NCBI RefSeq assembly: GCF_036321535.1 | Contig: NC_087436.1 | Coordinates: 2,418,001-2,482,000 of the forward strand | From: Camelus dromedarius | Taxonomy: Eukaryota | Length of the DNA stretch: 64,000 bases | Reading direction: 5' to 3' | Part shown: one piece after another, positions 24,629-38,200 of the stretch | How the letters are laid out: each line of letters begins with the position of its first letter | How positions within the stretch are numbered: the stretch's first letter is position 1 | Notes under the pieces: model-generated | Seen by the model: only the letters and a program-made list of their open reading frames with translations | The model's database searches: none | Told to the model about the DNA's origin: nothing | Made by a program: the position numbers and the translations under genes

Positions 24629-27600
24629 CTTACTCTGGTTTCTCAGTCTGTTTCCTAGTGCCGGTTTGAAGTTCCTGCAGTTTTCACTGTAAAACCGAGT
24701 TGGAGTTAGTACCTCCCCATATATATGTATGGAGTGGAGTTTGCAAGTGAAAAGAAACTTTGTGTTCCCAAGAAGCTAGTTGAAGTACGGCTTTCACACA
24801 AAATTATCTCTCAGAAATGAGCATGTGGAGATACTTTCGTTCATCTACCAAAAAGGGAACGGGTTGCAGGAGAAAATTTTACTCTGGTTTCTCAGTCTGT
24901 TTCCTAGTGCCGGTTTGAAGTTCCTGCAGTTTTCACTGTAAAACCGAGTTGGGGCTACTACCTCCCCATATATATATATGGAGTGGAGTTTGCAACTGAA
25001 TAGAAACTTTGTGTTCCCAACAACCTAGGTGAAGTACGGCTTTCACACACACTAATCTCTCAGAACTGGGCAATTAGAGAGACATTCGTTCATCTAACAC
25101 AAAGGAAACGGGTTGCAGGAGAAACTTTTTCTCTGGATTCTCAGTCTGTTTCCTGTTGCCGGTATAAAGTTCCTGCAGTTTTCACTGTAAAACCGAGTTG
25201 GGGCTACTACCTCTCCATATATATGTATGGAGTGGAGTTTGCAACTGAATAGAAACTTTGTGTTCCCAACAACCTAGGTGAAGTACGGCTTTCACACACA
25301 CTAATCTCTCAGAACTGGGCAATTAGAGAGACATTCGTTCATCTAACACAAAGGAAACGGGTTGCAGGAGAAACTTTTTCTCTGGTTTCTCAGTCTGTTT
25401 CCTAGTGCCTTTTGAAGTACCTGCAGTTTTCACTGTAAACCGAGTTGGAGCTAGTATCTCCCCATATATATGTATGGATTGGAGTTTGCAAGTGAAAAAA
25501 AACTTTGTGTGCCTTACAAGCTAGGTTAAGGGCGGCTTTCATACACACTTATCTCTCAGAACTGAGCATGTGGAGAGACGTTCGTTCATCTAGCACAAAG
25601 GGAACGGGTTGCAGGAGAAACTTTTACTCTGGAATCTCACTCTAATTCCTAGTGCCGGTTTGAAGTTCCTGCAGTTTTCACTGTAAAACGAGTTGGATTT
25701 AATACCTCCCCACATATATATATGGAGTGGATTTTGCAACTGAAAAGAAACTTTGTGTTCCCAACAAGCTAGGTGAAGGACGGCTTTCACACACATTTAT
25801 CTCTCAGAACTGAGCATGTGGAGAGACGTTCGTTCATCTAGCACAAAGGGAACGGGTTGCAGGAGAAACTTTTACTCTGGTTTCTCAGGCTGTTTCCTAG
25901 TGCCGGTTTGATGTTCCTGCAGTTTTCACTGTATAACCGAGTTGGAGCTAGTTCATCCCCATATATATGTATGGAGTGGAGTTTCAACTGAAAAGAAACT
26001 TTGTGTTCCCAAGAAGCTAGTTGAAGGACGGCTTTCACACACACTTATCTCTCAGAACTGAGCATGTGGAGAGACTTTCGTTCATCTAGCACAAAGGGAA
26101 CGGGTTGCAGGAGTAACTTTTACTCTGTTTTCTCAGTCTGTTTCCTAGTGTGCCGGTTTGAAGTTCCTGCAGTTTTCACTGTAAAACCGAATTGGAGCTA
26201 GTACCACCCCATATATATGTATGGAGTGGAGTTTGCAACTGAAAAGGAACTTTGTGTCCCCAACAATCTAGGTGAAGGACGGCTTTCACACACAGTTTTC
26301 TCTCAGATCTGAGCAAGTGGAGAGACGTTCGTTCATCTAGCAGAAATGAACGGGTTGCAGGAGAAAATTTTTCTCTGGTTTCTCAGTCTGTTTCCTGTTG
26401 CCGGTTTAAAGTTCCTGCAGTTTTCACTGTAAAACCGATTTGGAGCTATTACCTCCCCATATATATGTATGGGGTGATGATTTCAACTGAAAGGAACTTT
26501 GTGTTCCCAAGAAGCTAGGTGAAGGACGGCTTTCACACACACTTATCTCTCAGAACTGAGCATGTGAAGAGACGTTCGTTCATCTAGAACAAATGGAACG
26601 AGTTGCAGGAGAAAATTTTACTCTGGTTTCTCAGTCTGTTTCCTGTTTCCGGTTTGAAGTTCCTGCAGTTTTCACTGTAAAACCGAGTTGGAGCTAGTAC
26701 CTCCCCATATACATGTATGGAGTGGAGAATCAAATGAAAAGAAACTTTGTGTTCCCAGGAAGCTAGGTGAACCACTGCTTTCACACACACTTAACTCTTC
26801 AGAACTGAGCATTTTGAGAGACGTTCGTTCATCTAGCACAAAGGGAACGGGTTGCAGGAGAAACTTTTACTCTGGTTTCTCAGTCTGTTTCCTAGTGCCG
26901 GTTTGCAGATCCTGCAGTTTTCACTGTAAAACCGAGTTGGAGCTAGTACCTCCCCATATATATGTATGGAGTGGAGTTTGCAACTGAAAAGAAACTTTGT
27001 GTTCCCAACAAGCTTGGTGAAGGACGGCTTTCACACAAACTTATCTCTCAGAACTGAGCATGTGGAGAGACGTTCGTTCATCTAGCACAAAGGGAACGGG
27101 TTACAGGAGAAACTTTTACTCTGGTTTTTAATTCTGTTTCCTGTTGCCGGTTTGAAGTTCCTGCAGTTTTCACTGTAAAACCGAGTTGGAGCTAGTACCT
27201 CCCCATATATATGTAGGAGTGGAGTTTCAACTGAAAAGAAACTTTGTGTCCCAAGAAGCTAGGTGAAGGACGGCTTTCACACACACTTATCTCTCAGAAT
27301 TGAGCATGTGGAGGGACTTTCGTTCATCTAGCCCAAAGGGAACGGGTTGCAGGAGAAAATTTATTCTGTTTTCTCAGTCTGTTTCCTAGTGCCGGTTTGA
27401 AGTTCCTGCAGTTTTCACTGTAAAACGAGTTGGATTTAATACCTCCCCACATATATATATGGAGTGGATTTTGCAACTGAAAAGAAACTTTGTGTTCCCA
27501 ACAAGCTAGGTGAAGGACGGCTTTCACACACATTTATCTCTCAGAACTGAGCATGTGGAGAGACGTTCGTTCATCTAGCACAAAGGGAACGGTTTGCAGG

Positions 27601-30600
27601 AGAAACTTTTACTCTGGTTTCTCAGGATGTTTCCTAGTGCCGGTATGAATTTCCTGCAGTTTTCACTGTATAACCGAGTTGGAGCTAGTTCATCCCCATA
27701 TATATGTATGGAGTGGAGTTTCAACTGAAAAGAAACTTTGTGTTCCCAAGAAGCTAGTTGAAGGACGGCTTTCACACACACTTATCTCTCAGAACTGAGC
27801 ATGTGGAGAGACTTTCATTCATCTAGCACAAAGGGAACGGGTTGCAGGAGTAACTTTTACTCTGTTTTCTCAGTCTGTTTCATAGTGTGCCGGTTTGAAG
27901 TTCCTGCAGTTTTCACTGTAAAACCGAATAGGAGCTAGTACCACCCCATATATATGTATGGAGTGGAGTTTGCAAATGAAAAGGAACTTTGTGTCCCCAA
28001 CAATCTAGGTGAAGGACGGCTTTCACACACACTTATCTCTCAGAACTGAGCATGTGAAGAGACGTTCGTTCATCTAGAACAAATGGAACGAGTTGCAGGA
28101 GAAAATTTTACTCTGGTTTCTCAGTCTGTTTCCTGTTTCCGGTTTGAAGTTCCTGCAGTTTTCACTGTAAAACCGAGTTGGAGCTAGTACCTCCCCATAT
28201 ACATGTATGGAGTGGAGAATCAAATGAAAAGAAACTTTGTGTTCACAGGAAGCTAGGTGAACCACTGATTTCACACACACTTAACCCTTCAGAACTGAGC
28301 ATTTTGAGAGACGTTCGTTCATCTAGCACAAAGGGAACGGGTTGCAGGAGAAGCTTTTACTCTGGTTTCTCAATATGTTTCCTAGTGCCGGTTTGAAGTT
28401 CCTGCAGTTTTCACTGTAAAACCGAGTTGGAGCTAGTACCTCCCCATATATATGTATGGAGTGGAGATTGCAACTAAAAAGAAACTTTGTGTTCCCAACA
28501 ATCTAGGTGAAGGCCGGCTTTCACACACACTTATCTCTCAGAACTGAGCATGTGGAGAGACGTTCGTTCATCTAGCACAAATGGAACGGTTTGCAGGAGA
28601 AACTTTTACTCTGGTTTCTCAGTCTGTTTCCTAGTGCCGGTTTGAAGTTCCTGCAGTTTTCACTGTAAAACCGATTTGGAGCTTGTACCTCCCCATATAT
28701 ATGTATGGAGTGGAGTTTGCAACTGAAAAGAAACTTTGTGTTCCCAACAAGCTAGGTGAAGGACGGCTTTCACACACACTTATCTCTGAGAACTGAGCAT
28801 GTGGAGAGACGTTCGTTCGTCTAGCACAAAGCGAACGGGTTGCAGGAGAAACTTTTACTCTGGTCTCTCAGTCTGTTTCATAGTGCCGGTTTGAAGTTCC
28901 TGCAGTTTTCACTGGAAAACCGAGTTGGAGCTAGTACATACCCATAAATATGTATGGAGAGAAGTTTGCAACTGAAAAGAAACTTTGTGTTCCCAACAAG
29001 CTAGGTGAAGGTCGGCTTTCACACACACATATCTCTCCGAACTGAGCATGTTGAGAGACGTTCGTTCATCTAGGACAAAGGGAACGGGTTGCAGTAGAAA
29101 ATTTTACTCTGGTTTCTCAGTCTGTTTACTAGTGCCGTTTTGAAGTTCCTGCAGTTTTCACTGTAAAACCGATTTGGAGATAATACCTCCCCATATATAT
29201 GTATGGAGTGGAGTTTGCAACTGAAAAGAAACTTTGTGTTCCCAACAAGCTAGGTGAAGGACGGCTTTCACACAAACTTATCTCTCAGAACTGAGCATGT
29301 GGAGAGACGTTCGTTCATCTAGCACAAAGGGAACGGGTTACAGGAGAAACTTTTACTCTGGTTTTTAAGTCTGTTTCCTGTTGCCGGTTTGAAGTTCCTG
29401 CAGTTTTCACTGTAAAACCGAGTTGGAGCTAGTACCTCCCCATATATATGTAGGAGTGGAGTTTCAACTGAAAAGAAACTTTGTGTCCCAAGAAGCTAGG
29501 TGAAGGACGGCTTTCACACACACTTATCTCTCAGAATTGAGCTTGTGGAGGGACTTTCGTTCATCTAGCCCAAAGGAAACGGGTTGCAGGAGAAAATTTA
29601 TTCTGTTTTCTCAGTCTGTTTCCTAGTGCCGGTTTGAAGTTCCTGCAGTTTTCACTGTAAAACGAGTTGGATTTAATACCTCCCCATATATATATATGGA
29701 GTGGATTTTGCAACTGAAAAGAAACTTTGTGTTCCCAACAAGCTAGGTGAAGGACGGCTTTCACACACAATTATCTCTCAGAACTGAGCATGTGAAGAGA
29801 CGTTCGTTCATCTAGAACAAATGGAACGAGTTGCAGGAGAAAATTTTACTCTGGTTTCTCAGTCTGTTTCCTGTTTCCGGTTTGAAGTTCCTGCAGTTTT
29901 CACTGTAAAACCGAGTTGGAGCTAGTACCTCCCCATATACATGTATGGAGTGGAGAATCAAATGAAAAGAAACTTTGTGTTCCCAGGAAGCTAGGTGAAC
30001 CACTGCTTTCACACACACTTAACGCTTCAGAACTGAGCATTTTGAGAGACGTTCGTTCATCTAGCACAAAGGGAACGGGTTGCAGGAGAAGCTTTTACTC
30101 TGGTTTCTCAATATGTTTCCTAGTGCCGGTTTGAAGTTCCTGCAGTTTTCACTGTAAAACCGAGTTGGAGCTAGAACCACCCCATATATATGCTGGAGTG
30201 GAGTTTCAACTGAAAAGAAACTTTGTGTCCCAAGAAGCTAGGTGAAGGCCGGCTTTCACACACACTTATCTCTCAGAACTGAGCATGTGGAGAGACGTTC
30301 GTTCATCTAGCACAAATGGAACGGTTTGCAGGAGAAACTTTTACTCTGGTTTCTCAGTCTGTTTCCTAGTGCCGGTTTGAAGTTCCTGCAGTTTTCACTG
30401 TAAAACCGATTTGGAGCTTGTACCTCCCCATATATATGTATGGAGTGGAGTTTGCAACTGAAAAGAAACTTTGTGTTCCCAACAAGTTAGGTGAAGGACG
30501 GCTTTCACACACACTTATCTCTGAGAACTGAGCATGTGGAGAGACGTTCGTTCATCTAGCACAAAGCGAACGGGTTGCAGGAGAAACTTTTACTCTGGTC

Positions 30601-32212
30601 TCTCAGTCTGTTTCATAGTGCCGGTTTGAAGTTCCTGCAGTTTTCACTGGAAAACCGAGTTGGAGCTAGTACCTACCCATAAATATGTATGGAGAGAAGT
30701 TTGCAACTGAAAAGAAACTTTGTGTTCCCAACAAGCTAGGTGAAGGACGGCTTTCACACACACATATCTCTCAGAACTGAGCATGTTGAGAGACGTTCGT
30801 TCATCTAGGACAAAGGAACGGGTTGCAGTAGAAAATTTTACTCTGGTTTCTCAGACTGTTTACTAGTGCCGTTTTGAAGTTCCTGCAGTTTTCACTGTAA
30901 AACCGAGTTGGAGCTAATACCTCCCCATATATATGTATTGAGTGGAGTTTGCAACTGAAAAGAAACTTTGTGTTCCCAACAAGCTAGGTGAAGGACGGCT
31001 TTCACACAAACTTATCTCTCAGAACTCAGCATGTGGAGAGACGTTCGTTCATCTAGCACAAAGGGAACGGGTTACAGGAGAAACTTTTACTCTGGTTTTT
31101 AAGTCTGTTTCCTGTTGCCGGTTTGAAGTTCCTGCAGTTTTCACTGTAAAACCGAGTTGGAGCTAGTACCTCCCCATATATATGTAGGAGTGGAGTTTCA
31201 ACTGAAAAGAAACTTTGTGTCCCAAGAAGCTAGGTGAAGGACGGCTTTCACACACACTTATCTCTCAGAGTTGAGCATGTGGAGGGACTTTCGTTCATCT
31301 AGCCCAAAGTAAACGGGTTGCAGGAGAAAATTTATTCTGTTTTCTCAGTCTGTTTCCTAGTGCCGGTTTGAAGTTCCTGCAGTTTTCACTGTAAAACGAG
31401 TTGGATTTAATACCTCCCCACATATATATATGGAGTGGATTTTGCAACTGAAAAGAAACTTTGTGTTCCCAACAAGCTAGGTGAAGGACGGCTTTCACAC
31501 ACATTTATCTCTCAGAACTGAGCATGTGGAGAGACGTTCGTTCATCTAGCACAAAGGGAACGGGTTGCAGGAGAAACTTTTACTCTGGTTTCTCAGGCTG
31601 TTTCCTAGTGCCGGTTTGAAGTTCCTGCAGTTTTCACTGTATAACCGAGTTGGAGCTAGTTCATCCCCATATATATGTATGGAGTGGAGTTTCAACTGAA
31701 AAGAAACTTTGTGTTCCCAAGAAGCTAGTTGAAGGACGGCTTTCACACACACTTATCTCTCAGAACTGAGCATGTGGAGAGACTTTCGTTCATCTAGCAC
31801 AAAGGGAACGGGTTGCAGGAGTAACTTTTACTCTGTTTTCTCAGTCTGTTTCCTAGTGTGCCGGTTTGAAGTTCCTGCAGTTTTCACTGTAAAACCGAAT
31901 TGGAGCTAGTACCACCCCATATATATGTATGGAGTGGAGTTTGCAACTGAAAAGGAACTTTGTGTCCCCAACAATCTAGGTGAAGGACGGCTTTCACACA
32001 CAGTTATCTCTCAGATCTGAGCAAGTGGAGAGACGTTCGTTCATCTAGCAGAAATGAACGGGTTGCAGGAGAAAATTTTTCTCTGGTTTCTCAGTCTGTT
32101 TCCTATTGCCGGATTAAAGTTCCTGCAGTTTTCACTGTAAAACCGATTTGGAGCTATTACCTCCCCATATATATGTATGGGGTGGAGATTTCAACTGAAA
32201 GGAACTTTGTGT

Positions 32213-35200
32213 TCCCAAGAAGCTAGGTGAAGGACGGCTTTCACACACACTTATCTCTCAGAACTGAGCATGTGAAGAGACGTTCGTTCATCTAGAACAA
32301 ATGGAACGAGTTGCAGGAGAAAATTTTACTCTGGTTTCTCAGTCTGTTTCCTGTTTCCGGTTTGAAGTTCCTGCAGTTTTCACTGTAAAACCGAGTTGGA
32401 GCTAGTACCTCCCCATATACATGTATGGAGTGGAGAATCAAATGAAAAGAAACTTTGTGTTCCCAGGAAGCTAGGTGAACCACTGCTTTCACACACACTT
32501 AACTCTTCAGAACTGAGCATTTTGAGAGACGTTCGTTCATCTAGCACAAAGGGAACGGGTTGCAGGAGAAGCTTTTTCTCTGGTTTCTCAATATGTTTCC
32601 TAGTGCCGGTTTGAAGTTCCTGCAGTTTTCACTGTAAAAGCGAGTTGGAGCTAGTACCACCCCATATATATGTATGGAGTGGAGTTTGCAACTAAAAAGA
32701 AACTTTGTGTTCCCAACAATCTAGGTGAAGGCCGGCTTTCACACACACTTATCTCTCAGAACTGAGCATGTGGAGAGACGTTCGTTCATCTAGCACAAAT
32801 GGAACGGTTTGCAGGAGAAACTTTTACTCTGGTTTCTCAGTCTGTTTCCTAGTGCCGGTTTGAAGTTCCTGCAGTTTTCACTGTAAAACCGATTTGGAGC
32901 TTGTACCTCCCCATATATATGTATGGAGTGGAGTTTGTAACTGAAAAGAAACTTTGTGTTCCCAACAAGCTAGGTGAAGGACGGCTTTCACACACACTTA
33001 TCTCTGAGAACTGAGCATGTGGAGAGACGTTCGTTCATCTAGCACAAAGCGAACGGGTTGCAGGAGAAACTTTTACTGATTTTTCTCAGTCTGTTTCATA
33101 GTGCCGGTTTGAAGTTCCTGCAGTTTTCACTGGAAAACCGAGTTGGAGCTAGTACCTACCCATTAATATGTATGGAGAGAAGTTTGCAACTGAAAAGAAA
33201 CTTTGTGTTCCCAACAAGCTAGGTGAAGGACGGCTTTCACACACACTTATCTCTCAGAACTGAGCATGTGGAGAGACTTTCGTTCATCTAGCACAAATGG
33301 AACGAGTTGCAGGAGAAACTTTTACTCTGGTCTCTCAGTCTGTTTCCTAGTGCCGGTTTGCAGATCCTGCAGTTTTCACTGTAAAACCGAGTTGGAGCTA
33401 GTACCTCCCCATATATATGTATGGAGTGGAGTTTGCAACTGAAAAGAAACTTTGTGTTCCCAACAAGCTAGGTGAAGGACTTCTTTCACCCAAAATTATC
33501 TCTCAGAACTGAGCATGTGGAGAGACGTTCGTTCATCTAGCACAAAGGGAACGGGTTACAGGAGAAACTTTTACTCTGGTTTTTAAGTCTGTTTCCTGTT
33601 GCCGGTTTGAAGTTCCTGCAGTTTTCACTGTAAAACCGAGTTGGAGCTAGTACCTCCCCATATATATGTAGGAGTGGAGTTTCAACTGAAAAGAAACTTT
33701 GTGTCCCAAGAAGCTAGGTGAAGGACGGCTTTCACACACACTTATCTCTCAGAACTGAGCATGTGAAGAGACGTTCGTTCATCTAGAACAAATGGAACGA
33801 GTTGCAGGAGAAAATTTTACTCTGGTTTCTCAGTCTGTTTCCTGTTTCCGGTTTGAAGTTCCTGCAGTTTTCACTGTAAAACCGAGTTGGAGCTAGTACC
33901 TCCCCATATACATGTATGGAGTGGAGAATCAAATGAAAAGAAACTTTGTGTTCCCAGGAAGCTAGGTGAACCACTGCTTTCACACACACTTAACTCTTCA
34001 GAACTGAGCATTTTGAGAGACGTTCGTTCATCTAGCACAAAGGGAACGGGTTGCAGGAGAAGCTTTTTCTCTGGTTTCTCAATATGTTTCCTAGTGCCGG
34101 TTTGAAGTTCCTGCAGTTTTCACTGTAAAAGCGAGTTGGAGCTAGTACCACCCCATATATATGTATGGAGTGGAGTTTGCAACTAAAAAGAAACTTTGTG
34201 TTCCCAACAATCTAGGTGAAGGCCGGCTTTCACACACACTTATCTCTCAGAACTGAGCATGTGGAGAGACGTTCGTTCATCTAGCACAAATGGAACGGTT
34301 TGCAGGAGAAACTTTTACTCTGGTTTCTCAGTCTGTTTCCTAGTGCCGGTTTGAAGTTCCTGCAGTTTTCACTGTAAAACCGATTTGGAGCTTGTACCTC
34401 CCCATATATATGTATGGAGTGGAGTTTGTAACTGAAAAGAAACTTTGTGTTCCCAACAAGCTAGGTGAAGGACGGCTTTCACACACACTTATCTCTGAGA
34501 ACTGAGCATGTGGAGAGACGTTCGTTCATCTAGCACAAAGCGAACGGGTTGCAGGAGAAACTTTTACTGATTTTTCTCAGTCTGTTTCATAGTGCCGGTT
34601 TGAAGTTCCTGCAGTTTTCACTGGAAAACCGAGTTGGAGCTAGTACCTACCCATTAATATGTATGGAGAGAAGTTTGCAACTGAAAAGAAACTTTGTGTT
34701 CCCAACAAGCTAGGTGAAGGACGGCTTTCACACACACTTATCTCTCAGAACTGAGCATGTGGAGAGACTTTCGTTCATCTAGCACAAATGGAACGAGTTG
34801 CAGGAGAAACTTTTACTCTGGTCTCTCAGTCTGTTTCCTAGTGCCGGTTTGCAGATCCTGCAGTTTTCACTGTAAAACCGAGTTGGAGCTAGTACCTCCC
34901 CATATATATGTATGGAGTGGAGTTTGCAACTGAAAAGAAACTTTGTGTTCCCAACAAGCTAGGTGAAGGACTTCTTTCACCCAAAATTATCTCTCAGAAC
35001 TGAGCATGTGGAGAGACGTTCGTTCATCTAGCACAAAGGGAACGGGTTACAGGAGAAACTTTTACTCTGGTTTTTAAGTCTGTTTCCTGTTGCCGGTTTG
35101 AAGTTCCTGCAGTTTTCACTGTAAAACCGAGTTGGAGCTAGTACCTCCCCATATATATGTAGGAGTGGAGTTTCAACTGAAAAGAAACTTTGTGTCCCAA

Positions 35201-35245
35201 GAAGCTAGGTGAAGGACGGCTTTCACACACACTTATCTCTCAGAA
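32213..35245. repeat. 6-monomer tandem duplication (period 1491 bp) within the middle domain (types E-J doubled)
   Basis: Identical ORF pairs 32292/33783 and 32396/33887. The private variants GTAAAAGCGAG and GGACTTCTTTCACCCAAA occur in both copies. Confidence 0.9.
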
Positions 35246-38200
35246 TTGAGCATGTGGAGGGACTTTCGTTCATCTAGCCCAAAGGGAACGGGTTGCAGGA
35301 GAAAATTTATTCTGTTTTCTCAGTCTGTTTCCTAGTGCCGGTTTGAAGTTCCTGCAGTTTTCACTGTAAAACGAGTTGGATTTAATACCTCCCCACATAT
35401 ATATATGGAGTGGATTTTGCAACTGAAAAGAAACTTTGTGTTCCCAACAAGCTAGGTGAAGGACGGCTTTCACACACATTTATCTCTCAGAACTGAGCAT
35501 GTGGAGAGACGTTCGTTCATCTAGCACAAAGGGAACGGGTTGCAGGAGAAACTTTTACTCTGGTTTCTCAGGCTGTTTCCTAGTGCCGGTTTGAAGTTCC
35601 TGCAGTTTTCACTGTATAACCGAGTTGGAGCTAGTTCATCCCCATATATATGTATGGAGTGGAGTTTCAACTGAAAAGAAACTTTGTGTTCCCAAGAAGC
35701 TAGTTGAAGGACGGCTTTCACACACACTTATCTCTCAGGACTGAGCATGTGGAGAGACTTTCGTTCATCTAGCACAAAGGGAACGGGTTGCAGGAGTAAC
35801 TTTTACTCTGTTTCCTCAGTCTGTTTCCTAGTGTGCCGGTATGAAGTTCCTGCAGTTTTCACTGTAAAACCGAATTGGAACTAGTACCACCCCATATATA
35901 TGTATGGAGTGGAGTTTGCAACTGAAAAGGATCTTTGTGTCCCCAACAATCTAGGTGAAGGACGGCTTTCACACACAGTTATCTCTCAGATCTGAGCAAG
36001 TGGAGAGACGTTCGTTCATCTAGCAGAAATGAACGGGTTGCAGGAGAAAATTTTTCTCTGGTTTCTCAGTCTGTTTCCTGTTGCCGGTTTAAAGTTCCTG
36101 CAGTTTTCACTGTAAAACCGATTTGGAGCTATTACCTCCCCATATATATGTATGGGGTGGAGATTTCAACTGAAAGGAACTTTGTGTTCCCAAGAAGCTA
36201 GGTGAAGGACGGCTTTCACACACACTTATCTCTCAGAACTGAGCATGTGAAGAGACGTTCGTTCATCTAGAACAAATGGAACGAGTTGCAGGAGAAAATT
36301 TTACTCTGGTTTCTCAGTCTGTTTCCTGTTTCCGGTTTGAAGTTCCTGCAGTTTTCACTGTAAAACCGAGTTGGAGCTAGTACCTCCCCATATACATGTA
36401 TGGAGTGGAGAATCAAATGAAAAGAAACTTTGTGTTCCCAGGAAGCTAGGTGAACCACTGCTTTCACACACACTTAACTCTTCAGAACTGAGCATTTTGA
36501 GAGACGTTCGTTCATCTAGCACAAAGGGAACGGGTTGCAGGAGAAGCTTTTACTCTGGTTTCTCAATATGTTTCCTAGTGCCGGTTTGAAGTTCCTGCAG
36601 TTTTCACTGTAAAACCGGGTTTCAGCTAGTACTTCCCCATATATATGTATGGAGTGGAGTTTGCAACTAAAAAGAAACTTTGTGTTCCCAACAATCTAGG
36701 TGAAGGCCGGCTTTCACACACACTTATCTCTCAGAACTGAGCATGTGGAGAGACGTTCGTTCATCTAGCACAAATGGAACGGTTTGCAGGAGAAACTTTT
36801 ACTCTTGTTTCTCAGTCTGTTTCCTAGTGCCGGTTTGAAGTTCCTGCAGTTTTCACTGTAAAACCGATTTGGAGCTTGTACCTCCCCATATATATGTATG
36901 GAGTGGAGTTTGCAACTGAAAAGAAACTTTGTGTTCCCAACAAGCTAGGTGAAGGACGGCTTTCACCCAAAATTATCTCTCAGAACTGAGCATGTGGAGA
37001 GACGTTCGTTCATCTAGCACAAAGGGAACGGGTTACAGGAGAAACTTTTACTCTGGTTTTTAAGTCTGTTTCCTGTTGCCGGTTTGAATTTCCTGCAGTT
37101 TTCACTGTAAAACCGAGTTGGAGCTAGTACCTTCCCATATATATGTAGGAGTGGAGTTTCAACTGAAAAGAAACTTTGTGTCCCAAGAAGCTAGGTGAAG
37201 GCCGGCTTTCACACACACTTATCTCTCAGAACTGAGCATGTGGAGAGACGTTCGTTCATCTAGCACAAATGGAACGGTTTGCAGGAGAAACTTTTACTCT
37301 GGTTTCTCAGTCTGTTTCCTAGTGCCGGTTTGAAGTTCCTGCAGTTTTCACTGTAAAACCGATTTGGAGCTTGTACCTCCCCATATATATGTATGGAGTG
37401 GAGTTTGCAACTGAAAAGAAACTTTGTGTTCCCAACAAGCTAGGTGAAGGACGGCTTTCACACACACTTATCTCTGAGAACTGAGCATGTGGAGAGACGT
37501 TCGTTCATCTAGCACAAAGCGAACGGGTTGCAGGAGAAACTTTTACTGATTTTTCTCAGTCTGTTTCATAGTGCCGGTTTGAAGTTCCTGCAGTTTTCAC
37601 TGGAAAACCGAGTTGGAGCTAGTACCTACACATTAATATGTATGGAGAGAAGTTTGCAACTGAAAAGAAACTTTATGTTCCCAACAAGCTAGGTGAAGGA
37701 CGGCTTTCACACACACTTATCTCTCAGAACTGAGCATGTGGAGAGACTTTCGTTCATCTAGCACAAATGGAACGAGTTGCAGGAGAAACTTTTACTCTGG
37801 TCTCTCAGTCTGTTTCCTAGTGCCGGTTTGCAGATCCTGCAGTTTTCACTGTAAAACCGAGTTGGAGCTAGTACCTCCCCATATATATGTATGGAGTGGA
37901 GTTTGCAACTGAAAAGAAACTTTGTGTTCCCAACAAGCTAGGTGAAGGACGGCTTTCACCCAAAATTATCTCTCAGAACTGAGCATGTGGAGAGACGTTC
38001 GTTCATCTAGCACAAAGGGAACGGGTTACAGGAGAAACTTTTACTCTGGTTTTTAAGTCTGTTTCCTGTTGCCGGTTTGAAGTTCCTGCAGTTTTCACTG
38101 TAAAACCGAGTTGGAGCTAGTACCTCCCCATATATATGTAGGAGTGGAGTTTCAACTGAAAAGAAACTTTGTGTCCCAAGAAGCTAGGTGAAGGACGGCT

